A stretch of 32,000 nucleotides of DNA from Candidatus Kuenenia stuttgartensis (GTDB taxonomy: Bacteria > Planctomycetota > Brocadiia > Brocadiales > Brocadiaceae): NCBI RefSeq assembly GCF_900232105.1, contig NZ_LT934425.1, positions 120,001-152,000 of the forward strand, given 5' to 3'. This document shows positions 9,961 to 18,934 of this stretch, piece by piece. Numbering within the stretch: position 1 is the first letter of the stretch; each line of letters begins with the position of its first letter. The notes below the pieces were generated by a model. That model was not told the origin of the DNA. It saw nothing but the letters and a program-made list of their open reading frames with translations, and ran no database searches. Both the position numbers and the translations under genes were made by a program.

Positions 9961-12864
9961 ATGACAATGAATATCCGGACAAGAAACAGTATAAAATGGA
10001 AACTCCTTATCACAATGCTGGGGTTGATTATTGGTCTTCTGACAATATTGACCCTTGTTCAGATTTATTCTCAAAAGGAAATATTGACAGGGGAACTTGA
10101 ACAACGGATTGAGTTAATAAAGGATAATCTGCGCAAGCAGGGAAAAACCCTTTCCGACAATCTGGCGTTTCAGGTGGAAGATGCGCTTGCATCATTTAAC
10201 CTCCTTGATATCTTCAGCAAGACTAATAAAGCCGTGAGGGAAAATACCGATTTGAAATATATCATCCTCGCCGATTTAAAAGGTTTTGCACTCATTCACA
10301 CATTAAAACCAGAACTGAATGACAGTATCCTCTCAGGCGGTGACGATACATTTGCGATAGCTCAAAAAAATGCAACCATCAATGAGTTTGAAAAAGACGG
10401 GACACCCTATATGGAATTTATCGTGCCCATTCACGTCAGCGCTGATCAGTGGGGAGCATTGCGGCTCGGATATTCACTGGAAAACCTCTACCAGATACTC
10501 TCCGCTTCACGCCACAAAATTAAAGAGCAGATATTCAACATTATAATACGTTCCGGTCTGACGACTATCGTCTTTATTGCGATCGGTTCATGCCTGGTGC
10601 TTTTTCTTTCTTCCCGGCTCGCACAACCGCTTATAAAACTTGCGCAAATGGCACAAGAACTTGCAAATGGAAATTTTTCCGTTTCAGAAAACAGCATCCT
10701 TAACTCGAAAGATGAAATCGGCGTGCTCGCACAAACATTCTCCATCATGTCAAAGGAGCTAAAGAATTACTATGAAATACTGGAAGATTACAGCCATTCG
10801 CTGGCAATGCGGGTGGAAGAACGGACGGCGGAACTGCTGAAATCAAATAACCTTTTAAAGCAGGAAATCGATGAACGCCATCGGATTGAAGCGGAACTGG
10901 AAAAAGCCAGGGAAGCAGCAGTCGCCGCCAATAATGCCAAAAGCGAATTTCTCGCCAGCATGAGTCATGAAATCCGCACCCCCATGAACGCTATTATAGG
11001 CATGTCAGACTTATTATGGGAAACAATGTTGACGCCCAAACAGTCTGAATACGTTAAGGTGTTCCGCAACGCAGGGGAAAATCTCCTCCAGATAATCAAC
11101 GACATCCTTGATCTTTCCAAGGTAGAGGCAGGGCAAATCACCATTGAACACATTGAATTTAATCTGCGTGAACAAATAGAAAAGACGTGCGAAGTCATGG
11201 CGTTCCGCGCCCACGAGAAAGGCCTCGAATTGAACTGCCATTTAGCCGAGGATATTCCTACTTCTTTCATCGGCGACCCGGTGCGTTTGCATCAGATACT
11301 AACAAACTTAATTGGAAATGCCATTAAATTTACCAGGACAGGAGAGATTCTTCTGACGGGAAAACGTAATAAACTGCCCGGCAAAAAAGGCATGCTGCTT
11401 TTTTTGGTTTCTGATACCGGAATAGGCCTTCCGGAAGAAAAGCAAAGTATTATTTTTAATATTTTTTCACAGGTGGATTCTTCCACTACGCGCCAATATG
11501 GTGGAACAGGGCTGGGACTTGCAATCTGCAAACGCCTGGTTGAATTAATGGATGGAGAAATCTGGGTAGAAAGCACCCCGGGCAAAGGAAGCACCTTTTA
11601 TTTTACCGTAACCTTTGATGTTCATCCTAAACCTCAGGAACAAAAAGAAATACCGTTATCGGGCGCTGAAAAACCTTACGTCCTGATAATAGACGACAAT
11701 GCCACAAACCGCATGATATTACGTGATATGCTGCACGGATGGGATATTCCCGTCGCCGAAGCAGAAGGCGGAGAAAATGGTATAAACGAACTCAAACGGG
11801 CAAGGAACGCCGGAACACCTTACAACCTCCTTCTCCTTGATTGTCGCATGCCCGGCATGGACGGGTTTCAGATTGCGCGTTCCGTCAAGAACGATCCGGA
11901 GCTTGCCGGTCTGATTATTATGATGTTCACCTCTGACAATAAAAGCGGGGATGTGGCAAGGGCAAAAGAATTAGGAATAACCACATATCTGGTGAAACCC
12001 ATCAAAAGACATGACCTTCTCACCAGCATTAACGCCGTCATAGACCCACAAAAGACCATACCGTTTACCGGGCCGGCATCTCGCACCGTTATTCAAATAC
12101 CTGAAAGCGTTCCCACCCGGCAGCTCTTGCTGGTTGAAGATTACTATCACAACCGGGTACTGATACAAGCCTATCTTAATAAAACAAACTTTAAAGTGGA
12201 CGTGGTGGAAAATGGACTTGAATGTCTGGAAAAATTTAAAAACGAAAAGTACGATCTTGTATTAATGGATATACAAATGCCCGTAATGGATGGTTATACC
12301 GCAACAAGGGAAATAAGAAGATACGAAATGGAACTCGGGCTGAAAGCAACGCCTGTTATTGCATTAACAGCTCATGCATTTAAAGGAGATGAACAAAAAA
12401 GCATCGACGCCGGGTGCAATTGCCACCTGATTAAGCCAATAAAAAAACAAACGCTTATCGACGCCATACATAAATATGTCCCTTTGCATGCAAATTACAC
12501 ACCGGCGACAGACGGAGAAAAAGCGGCATTTTCAGCAGGTAAGGTTACGAATGAAATTACTGTTGAAAATAAATTATTTGTTTCAATTAATCCGATATTT
12601 AAAAATGTTACTCCTGAATTTATTGAAGACGTACGAAGCGATATAATGACGATGACTGCCGCATTACAGAACACAGACTACAAAACAATCGAAACACTGG
12701 CGCACCGGTTAAAAGGGGCAAGCGGAGGCTATGGTTTTGACGAACTTACCGACATGGGGAAATTCCTTGAAATAAGCGCTAAAAACAGACACGTAGCAGA
12801 AATGCAGAAATGGATTCACGCAATGTCACAGTACATTGAACAAGTGGAGATTGTCTATGAATAA
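9961..12864 (+). CDS. Hybrid sensor histidine kinase (TM-sensor-TM-HAMP-HisKA-HATPase-REC-REC-HPt)
   Basis: His[23 protein letters not shown]; N/G boxes [25 protein letters not shown]; REC1 [14 protein letters not shown]; REC2 [15 protein letters not shown]; HPt [12 protein letters not shown]. Confidence 0.96.
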   Translation: MTMNIRTRNSIKWKLLITMLGLIIGLLTILTLVQIYSQKEILTGELEQRIELIKDNLRKQGKTLSDNLAFQVEDALASFNLLDIFSKTNKAVRENTDLKYIILADLKGFALIHTLKPELNDSILSGGDDTFAIAQKNATINEFEKDGTPYMEFIVPIHVSADQWGALRLGYSLENLYQILSASRHKIKEQIFNIIIRSGLTTIVFIAIGSCLVLFLSSRLAQPLIKLAQMAQELANGNFSVSENSILNSKDEIGVLAQTFSIMSKELKNYYEILEDYSHSLAMRVEERTAELLKSNNLLKQEIDERHRIEAELEKAREAAVAANNAKSEFLASMSHEIRTPMNAIIGMSDLLWETMLTPKQSEYVKVFRNAGENLLQIINDILDLSKVEAGQITIEHIEFNLREQIEKTCEVMAFRAHEKGLELNCHLAEDIPTSFIGDPVRLHQILTNLIGNAIKFTRTGEILLTGKRNKLPGKKGMLLFLVSDTGIGLPEEKQSIIFNIFSQVDSSTTRQYGGTGLGLAICKRLVELMDGEIWVESTPGKGSTFYFTVTFDVHPKPQEQKEIPLSGAEKPYVLIIDDNATNRMILRDMLHGWDIPVAEAEGGENGINELKRARNAGTPYNLLLLDCRMPGMDGFQIARSVKNDPELAGLIIMMFTSDNKSGDVARAKELGITTYLVKPIKRHDLLTSINAVIDPQKTIPFTGPASRTVIQIPESVPTRQLLLVEDYYHNRVLIQAYLNKTNFKVDVVENGLECLEKFKNEKYDLVLMDIQMPVMDGYTATREIRRYEMELGLKATPVIALTAHAFKGDEQKSIDAGCNCHLIKPIKKQTLIDAIHKYVPLHANYTPATDGEKAAFSAGKVTNEITVENKLFVSINPIFKNVTPEFIEDVRSDIMTMTAALQNTDYKTIETLAHRLKGASGGYGFDELTDMGKFLEISAKNRHVAEMQKWIHAMSQYIEQVEIVYE

Positions 12865-12924
12865 CACGATACCGGGAACATTTTAATTTTTTGGGAAAAA
12901 AATTACCTATAGGGGCTATGATTT

Positions 12925-12952
12925 GTAATAGCAAGGCATGCCTTGCCGTTAC
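12925..12952. repeat. REP-like palindrome
   Basis: GTAATAGCAAGGCATGCCTTGCCGTTAC: perfect 16-bp core GCAAGGCATGCCTTGC, with 12 of 14 positions paired across the full 28 nt. Confidence 0.6.
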
Positions 12953-13113
12953 AAGAAAAATGTTTTATTCCTGATTAATACGAGAAAAGGCCTTGTTTCA
13001 CTCTTATAATTCCGATACCATAAAAATCCGGTTACGGTATAATAATGTTTTTTAAACATATATAATGACTATTTGAAGGTCAGTTTGAACAGTTTTAAAT
13101 TTGGGGGAAAATT

Positions 13114-13359
13114 ATGAAAGACGAAGAACTCTTAAAACGCATTACCTTCGATTCTTTAATTTTCAACGGAAAGCCAATTATTCGCGGAATGCGGATAGCT
13201 GTTGAACATATACTTGGAATGCTTGCCAGCGGTTCAACAATTGAAGAACTATTAGAAGGCTATCCCTTTTTGGAAAAAGAAGATATCCAGGCATGTTTGA
13301 TCTATGCATATCGAATGGTTGCTCATGATAGGATTGAACCAGCCCTGGTAAAGAATTGA
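13114..13359 (+). CDS. DUF433 domain protein (probable antitoxin)
   Basis: 81 aa: RITFDSLIFNGKPIIRGMRIAVEHILGMLASGSTIEELLEGYPFLEKEDIQACLIYA is the canonical DUF433 pattern. Confidence 0.9.
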   Translation: MKDEELLKRITFDSLIFNGKPIIRGMRIAVEHILGMLASGSTIEELLEGYPFLEKEDIQACLIYAYRMVAHDRIEPALVKN

Positions 13360-13361
13360 CC

Positions 13362-13712
13362 ATGCAATTTTTACTTGACAGTTGTATTTCAAGTTTTGCG
13401 GTAAGAGATCTAAGAAGCGCAAATTATAATGCTTTATGGATACCTGAGGGTGGTGAGGATCCTGGAGACGAAGTGATTATGAGGAGGGCGCTTGATGAAA
13501 ACCTGATACTGGTTACAGCAGATAAGGATTTTGGAGAACTTATTTTTATCTATAATAAACCTCACCCGGCAATAATAAGATTGGTAGATATTCCCGCCAA
13601 AGACCAGGGGAAAATACTACTGCGATTAATAGAAAAGCATAAAGACATTCTTGAAAAAAAAGTAATAATTACAGTTGACAGATATCGTGTTCGCATACGT
13701 ATAAACGAATGA
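13362..13712 (+). CDS. DUF5615 PIN-like protein (probable toxin)
   Basis: MQFLLDSCISSFAVRDLR...DEVIMRRALDENLILVTADKDFGELIF is the DUF5615/Mut7-C PIN-like pattern, directly after DUF433. The track start is a TTG at 13356; the ATG at 13362 is also plausible. Confidence 0.88.
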   Translation: MQFLLDSCISSFAVRDLRSANYNALWIPEGGEDPGDEVIMRRALDENLILVTADKDFGELIFIYNKPHPAIIRLVDIPAKDQGKILLRLIEKHKDILEKKVIITVDRYRVRIRINE

Positions 13713-13743
13713 CCCATTGTTAAGAAACAAGTATAAATTGTCT

Positions 13744-14751
13744 ATGAATAACCCGATACTCGTCGTTGACGACTCCAAACACGTACAAAGACAGATAGAA
13801 ATATTTTTAATACCGGAAGGATTTTCACGATTATTTTTTGTCAATTCCGCTCAGGAAGCATTTCATTTATTGGGTTTGGATGATGAAAACTCAAAAAATA
13901 GAAAATGTGAAATTGATTTAATCCTTATGGATATTAACATGCCAGGTACAAACGGAGTGGAAGCCTGCCTGAAAATAAATGCAACAAGGCATTTAAAAAA
14001 TATTCCAATCATAGTGATAACGGCGGAGGATACGGATGAAGGATTAAAACAGGCATTTGGCGCCGGTGCGATAGACTATATAAAAAAACCTTTAAATCCG
14101 GTCGAATTAATCGCACGGGTGAGTTCTGTACTTAAATTAAAAAAAGAAATGGATGAGCGCGAAAACAGAGAGAAAGAACTGCTTACGCTTGCGCAGGTGC
14201 TGGAAAAAACAAACCAGGAATTACAACAGGCAAATGAAAAGCTTCATCAGCTCTCGCGGACCGATAGTCTGACAGGACTCGCTAACAGGCGCTTTTTCGA
14301 CGAAATGCTGCACAATGAATGGAAACAATCCGTCAGATTGGCAAAACCGCTATCCCTATTGATGATTGATATTGATTTCTTCAAAAACTATAACGATACC
14401 TACGGCCATCAGAAAGGTGATGAATGCCTTAAACGAGTATCAATGGCCATCCTCAGCGCCCTGAAAAGAGAGTGCGACATAATTGCACGTTACGGCGGAG
14501 AGGAGTTTGTCGCCCTGCTTTCTGATACAGATGAAAGCGGTGCCGTTATGGTTGCAAAGGCAATGCAATCGAATATTGAGGCGATGAACATACCCCACAA
14601 AGATTCCAATGCCAGCGGCAGAATCACCGTAAGCATTGGCATTTCAAACGAGGTTCCAAGCGCCGCCTCGTCTCCCGAAAAGTTAATTTCCAAAGCAGAC
14701 AAAGCGCTTTATCTTGCAAAATACGAAGGACGCAATCTTATTAAATGGTAG
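13744..14751 (+). CDS. Response-regulator diguanylate cyclase (REC-coiled coil-GGDEF)
   Basis: REC LILMDINMPGTNGVE with K at VIDYIKKPLNP; GGDEF domain DSLTGLANRRFFDEML...CDIIARYGGEEFVALL. RECD upstream of RYGGEEF fits the inhibitory RxxD I-site. Start taken at ATG 13744 (MNNPILVVDD). Confidence 0.94.
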   Translation: MNNPILVVDDSKHVQRQIEIFLIPEGFSRLFFVNSAQEAFHLLGLDDENSKNRKCEIDLILMDINMPGTNGVEACLKINATRHLKNIPIIVITAEDTDEGLKQAFGAGAIDYIKKPLNPVELIARVSSVLKLKKEMDERENREKELLTLAQVLEKTNQELQQANEKLHQLSRTDSLTGLANRRFFDEMLHNEWKQSVRLAKPLSLLMIDIDFFKNYNDTYGHQKGDECLKRVSMAILSALKRECDIIARYGGEEFVALLSDTDESGAVMVAKAMQSNIEAMNIPHKDSNASGRITVSIGISNEVPSAASSPEKLISKADKALYLAKYEGRNLIKW

Positions 14752-14757
14752 ATTATT

Positions 14758-17418
14758 ATGAATTTTGAACTAAACGCAATAGTCATGCCCAACGGCACTT
14801 TACAGTTGGAGTGGAATGAAGTAAAGGAAAGGATAGACAAAAATCAACAACTGCTGCAAAATGAGATACACAGCCGTTTTAAAACCGATTTTAAATCCTT
14901 CCTTTTATTCCTTAGCTTTTCAGACCAATCCATCCCGCTCTCACCATCCCTTGATTACTGGCGATATTTCACTTCTGAATTTTCAAATAAGCTGCGCCAT
15001 ATACCCGATCTTGAAACTATCAGAAACAACATAGCCATTCCATTAGGGAAAGAAGATATTGCTGAGATGCTGATTCGTGCCCCACTCATGACGGGTTTCG
15101 AGTACCTTAACGCCGAACTTCTTAAACTGCTTTGGCATATGCTCAATGCGCAATTTCAATACGAAATCAGTATTTACCGGGGAACGGTAGAGGATTTCAT
15201 CCATACCTACAGCCCTGATTTACATATTGTCGGACGCATTTATTTTCATCTCGTTGAAAATAAACGGCAGGATTATCCCTTTGCTTTTCTCGCCACCTAT
15301 TCCACCCAAGGCGACAAACAGGGCAAATCAAAACACCTCCCCTTAAAATACGCATTGACGGAATATGGAGGGAACAATGAAAAACTGCTGGACCTTCTTT
15401 CCACCGTACACCTTGCGGCAAAAGAAAGCGATCTGATCTCCCATCTCGTTGACTCCGGCGAACTGTTTCATCCACTGGCATGGGACGAAAAGGAAGCGTA
15501 CCGCTTTCTGAAAGAAATTCCCACATATGAAAAATACGGTATCCTGTGCCGTATCCCCAACTGGTGGAAATCTGCATCATCTCCGCTTAAGGTAAACATT
15601 CAGTTAGAGGGCAAAAAAGAAACCTTTCTTGGAATGGACTCACTACTCGATTTCAACGTCAACCTGCTTCTTGGCGATACGCCTGTTACCGAAGAGGAGG
15701 CAAGAAGGCTGCTGGCGGAGACTGACGGTCTGGCATACATCAAGGGCAAATGGGTTGCCGTTGACGCCGAAAAGCTTGAACAGGTTCTTCACGCCTATGA
15801 GAACGCCCGCAAATTAACGGAAGATAAGCATTTCAGCCTGCGGGACGCACTAAGGCTGCAACTGAACCCGAACAATTTGCTTGGTTTGACTGAAAATGAT
15901 GACAATATTGAAGTATCAAACGGAAAGTGGCTGGAGCAAGTAATGGAAAAACTGGCAAACCATGACTTGATTCCCCCGGCATGTTTGGATCACACCTTTA
16001 AGGCACAGCTCAGACCCTATCAGGAAAAAGGTGTTAATTGGCTTTGTTTTCTGGATTCCCTGCACTTCGGGGCATGCCTGGCTGATGATATGGGGCTTGG
16101 CAAGACGATACAAATACTGGCATTTCTGCATCTTCTGAAGAATAAAAAAAAGAAAAACGCCAGTCTGCTGATAATCCCAGCATCCCTCATATCAAACTGG
16201 AGCAATGAAATAAACCGTTTTGCGCCCGATCTGAACTATTTTGTCGCCCATCCGGAAGCACACAAAGATAAAAAATTTGAGGTAAAAGATGAAGAATCGC
16301 TCAACAAACTTGATCTTGTAATCACTACATACACCCTTGTACAAAAATATGAATGGCTGAAAACATATGTATGGCATTATGTAATCCTGGACGAAGCACA
16401 GGCAATTAAAAATCCAGGCACAAAACAGACACGTAATATAAAAACATTACAATCACAAAATAGAATTATCATGACAGGAACTCCAGTTGAAAACCGGCTG
16501 TCTGATCTGTGGTCATTGTTTGATTTTCTGAACCCCGGCCTGCTCGGAAACGCAAAAGAGTTCGGCGAATTTGCGGGCAGCGTTAAAAAGAATCACACCG
16601 GATACACCCGGTTAAAGAAGATCATCAGCCCGTATATTTTAAGAAGATTAAAGACCTACAAAACGGTCATTTCCGACCTGCCGGAAAAGGTTGAAATGTA
16701 CACCTACGCCGGGTTAAGCAGAAAGCAGGTCGTCCTGTACCAAAACACCGTTAAAGAACTGTCAAAAAAACTCGAAGCAACAGAAGGCGTTCAGCGAAGG
16801 GGCCTCATTTTGGCGTCATTAATGAAATTTAAGCAGCTTTGCAACCACCCTGACCAGTTTCTTGGAACAGGCGGATATGAAGAGGCTGACAGCGGAAAAT
16901 TTATGCGGCTGCGTGAAATTTGCGAAACGATCTATGAAAAGCGGGAGAAGGTACTAATCTTCACCCAATTTAAAGAAATAACCGGCCACCTGCACGCATT
17001 TTTGAAAACAATATTTGGACGCGAGGGACTGGTAATGCACGGGAGCGTCTCCGTTGGCATGAGGAAAAATATTGTAGAACAATTTCAGAACCGGGAGTAT
17101 ATTCCTTATATGGTATTGTCGCTAAAGGCTGGAGGCGTCGGGTTAAATCTGACAGAGGCAAATCACGTCATCCACTTCGACAGATGGTGGAATCCCGCCG
17201 TTGAGAACCAGGCGACAGACCGGGCGTTTCGCATCGGACAAAAGAAGAACGTTATCGTGCATAAATTCATAACGAAGGGAACTATTGAGGAAAAAATCAA
17301 TGATATGTTGCGTGAAAAAACAAAATTAACGACAGACGTTATACAAGTCACCGGCGAGTCCATGATAACAGAAATGGAAAATAAAGCGCTGGTTGACCTT
17401 TTCAAATTAACATTATAA
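14758..17418 (+). CDS. SNF2/Rad54-family DEAD-like helicase
   Basis: CLADDMGLGKTIQILAFL, VILDEAQAIKNPGTKQTR, IIMTGTPVENRLSDLWSLFDFLNPG, and C-terminal LSLKAGGVGLNLTEANHVIHFDRWWNPAVENQATDRAFRIGQKK. Confidence 0.97.
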   Translation: MNFELNAIVMPNGTLQLEWNEVKERIDKNQQLLQNEIHSRFKTDFKSFLLFLSFSDQSIPLSPSLDYWRYFTSEFSNKLRHIPDLETIRNNIAIPLGKEDIAEMLIRAPLMTGFEYLNAELLKLLWHMLNAQFQYEISIYRGTVEDFIHTYSPDLHIVGRIYFHLVENKRQDYPFAFLATYSTQGDKQGKSKHLPLKYALTEYGGNNEKLLDLLSTVHLAAKESDLISHLVDSGELFHPLAWDEKEAYRFLKEIPTYEKYGILCRIPNWWKSASSPLKVNIQLEGKKETFLGMDSLLDFNVNLLLGDTPVTEEEARRLLAETDGLAYIKGKWVAVDAEKLEQVLHAYENARKLTEDKHFSLRDALRLQLNPNNLLGLTENDDNIEVSNGKWLEQVMEKLANHDLIPPACLDHTFKAQLRPYQEKGVNWLCFLDSLHFGACLADDMGLGKTIQILAFLHLLKNKKKKNASLLIIPASLISNWSNEINRFAPDLNYFVAHPEAHKDKKFEVKDEESLNKLDLVITTYTLVQKYEWLKTYVWHYVILDEAQAIKNPGTKQTRNIKTLQSQNRIIMTGTPVENRLSDLWSLFDFLNPGLLGNAKEFGEFAGSVKKNHTGYTRLKKIISPYILRRLKTYKTVISDLPEKVEMYTYAGLSRKQVVLYQNTVKELSKKLEATEGVQRRGLILASLMKFKQLCNHPDQFLGTGGYEEADSGKFMRLREICETIYEKREKVLIFTQFKEITGHLHAFLKTIFGREGLVMHGSVSVGMRKNIVEQFQNREYIPYMVLSLKAGGVGLNLTEANHVIHFDRWWNPAVENQATDRAFRIGQKKNVIVHKFITKGTIEEKINDMLREKTKLTTDVIQVTGESMITEMENKALVDLFKLTL

Positions 17419-17436
17419 TGGAGGAAAGAGGCAATT

Positions 17437-18429
17437 ATGAGTTACTGGGGATTCCCAAGATATGTTTCCGTTGGGGAAAAACAGCAGAGAGCAAAAAGGA
17501 AGTTAGAGCAGTTGATGAAGAAAAACAAAGATATAAAGCCCGTGATACTGGCGGGTAATACCCTTGCAAAAACGTGGTGGGGAAAGGCATGGAACAAAAA
17601 TTTAGAAGGATACGCCGACTACAGCAACCGTATCGGAAGAGGAAGAAGCTACGTGCGCTGCGGCTCAGTACTTGACCTTCAGATACGCGAAGGCATGATA
17701 ACCTCACTTGTACAGGGGTCAGATTCAAGCCCCTATTCCATAAAAATAACAATAAATATGCTTGAAAGAAACATCTGGGAAGAGGTAAAGGATTTTTGCA
17801 AAGGCAAGCTTGATTCGATGCAGGAGCTTTTGATGGGAAAGTTCCCAAAAACATTAGACGAGCTTTTTACCGCTCATGGGAAAGGGCTGTTCCCATCTCC
17901 GAAAGAAATAAAATTTGACTGTAGCTGTCCCGACTGGGCAAGCATGTGCAAACACATTGCGGCTACCCTTTATGGGGTAGGGGCAAGGCTTGATGACGAC
18001 CCGAATTTATTCTTCCTGCTCCGAAAGATCGAAATTGACGATTTGATATCGGAAACGGTCAAAGATAAAACGGAAGAATTACTTACACGGGCAAAGAGAA
18101 AAAGTTCCCGAATCATTGAAGACCAGGATTTGTCATCCGTTTTTGGTATAGAGATGGACACCACACCTGATACAAAAGCAAAAACAAAGGCGAAAATTAA
18201 AGGTAAAGATGTTGCGCAAAAGAAGGCAAGCACCGCTACAAAAACAAGCAAGGTCAGCACAAAAAAACCCGCTAAAAAATCTATAAGCACAGGGAAAAAG
18301 AAGGCCGCCTTAAAATCTGCAAAGAAAACCTCAAAGGCAAATACAGTGAAAAAACCGGTACAAAAGGCCGTCAAAAAGACACCTGCCAAGAGCAAAAAAA
18401 CCACTAAAAAGACCATCAAAAAGAAATAA
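17437..18429 (+). CDS. SWIM zinc-finger protein with Lys/Ala-rich C-terminal tail
   Basis: SWIM motif FDCSCPDWASMCKHIAATLYGVGARLDDDPNLFFLLR; N-terminus typical of partners of bacterial SNF2 genes; tail KAKTKAKIKGKDVAQKKASTATK...KKTTKKTIKKK. Confidence 0.92.
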   Translation: MSYWGFPRYVSVGEKQQRAKRKLEQLMKKNKDIKPVILAGNTLAKTWWGKAWNKNLEGYADYSNRIGRGRSYVRCGSVLDLQIREGMITSLVQGSDSSPYSIKITINMLERNIWEEVKDFCKGKLDSMQELLMGKFPKTLDELFTAHGKGLFPSPKEIKFDCSCPDWASMCKHIAATLYGVGARLDDDPNLFFLLRKIEIDDLISETVKDKTEELLTRAKRKSSRIIEDQDLSSVFGIEMDTTPDTKAKTKAKIKGKDVAQKKASTATKTSKVSTKKPAKKSISTGKKKAALKSAKKTSKANTVKKPVQKAVKKTPAKSKKTTKKTIKKK

Positions 18430-18523
18430 CACTACAGCGATATTTTTCATTTCAGATGTTGCAGCAATTTTTTTGTACACTTCCTATGAAGATGAAAGAA
18501 ACAACCCTGACAGGGTTCCCGGC

Positions 18524-18548
18524 GGGTTCAGGTTTACAACCTGAACCC
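18524..18548. repeat. Palindromic repeat, copy 1
   Basis: GGGTTCAGGTTTACAACCTGAACCC: 11-bp perfect stem with 3-nt loop. Confidence 0.75.
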
Positions 18549-18788
18549 ATGAGTTTATGCAGATAATGAGGCCTGTACTGCGGTAAAATTCCAAAGCCCA
18601 AATCACTAAATCCCTGGCTCGAAAATAAGACTACAAAAAATAACTCAGGCACAGGTACCGCAATATGATATTGCTATAAAACCATTTTCATCGTTTCTGG
18701 GTGTTGGAAATGAAACATGATGACTGTTTGGAATTTATTTGTCATTTGTTCTGTTAATAGAAGGCGGGATTGAAAGTATAAAACGTTT

Positions 18789-18811
18789 GGTTCAGGTCAA
18801 AAACCTGAACC
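18789..18811. repeat. Palindromic repeat, copy 2
   Basis: GGTTCAGGTCAAAAACCTGAACC: 9-bp stem identical to the copy 1 stem with a different loop, followed by C-CA-C/T-GA in both copies. Confidence 0.75.
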
Positions 18812-18934
18812 CACGAATGTAGTTTCCATTGCCATTACGTACCCAATCAGATACTTCACTATGTTCAGTACAAGGTTTGGGAACGAGTTGTGCTTCGGTA
18901 GTTTAATAGATTACGCTGAATAGTTGCTTCTGTT

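Noticed and set aside
10488-12168. Several antisense ORFs within the hybrid kinase gene
   Set aside because: Fully inside a confidently identified kinase on the other strand, with no independent motifs or plausible ribosome-binding context.
13114-13712. DUF433/DUF5615 pair considered as a novel defence system
   Set aside because: The pair is a known toxin-antitoxin-like combination. Only its apparent insertion context is noteworthy.
17435-18419. Track ORFs 17435-17854 (-) and 17970-18419 (-)
   Set aside because: Antisense to the well-supported SWIM protein; the second is the antisense of its Lys-rich tail (Phe/Leu-rich), a common artefact.
18452-18652. 66-aa minus-strand ORF after the SWIM gene
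   Set aside because: Spans the GGTTCAGG palindrome and shows no recognisable motif; more likely non-coding.
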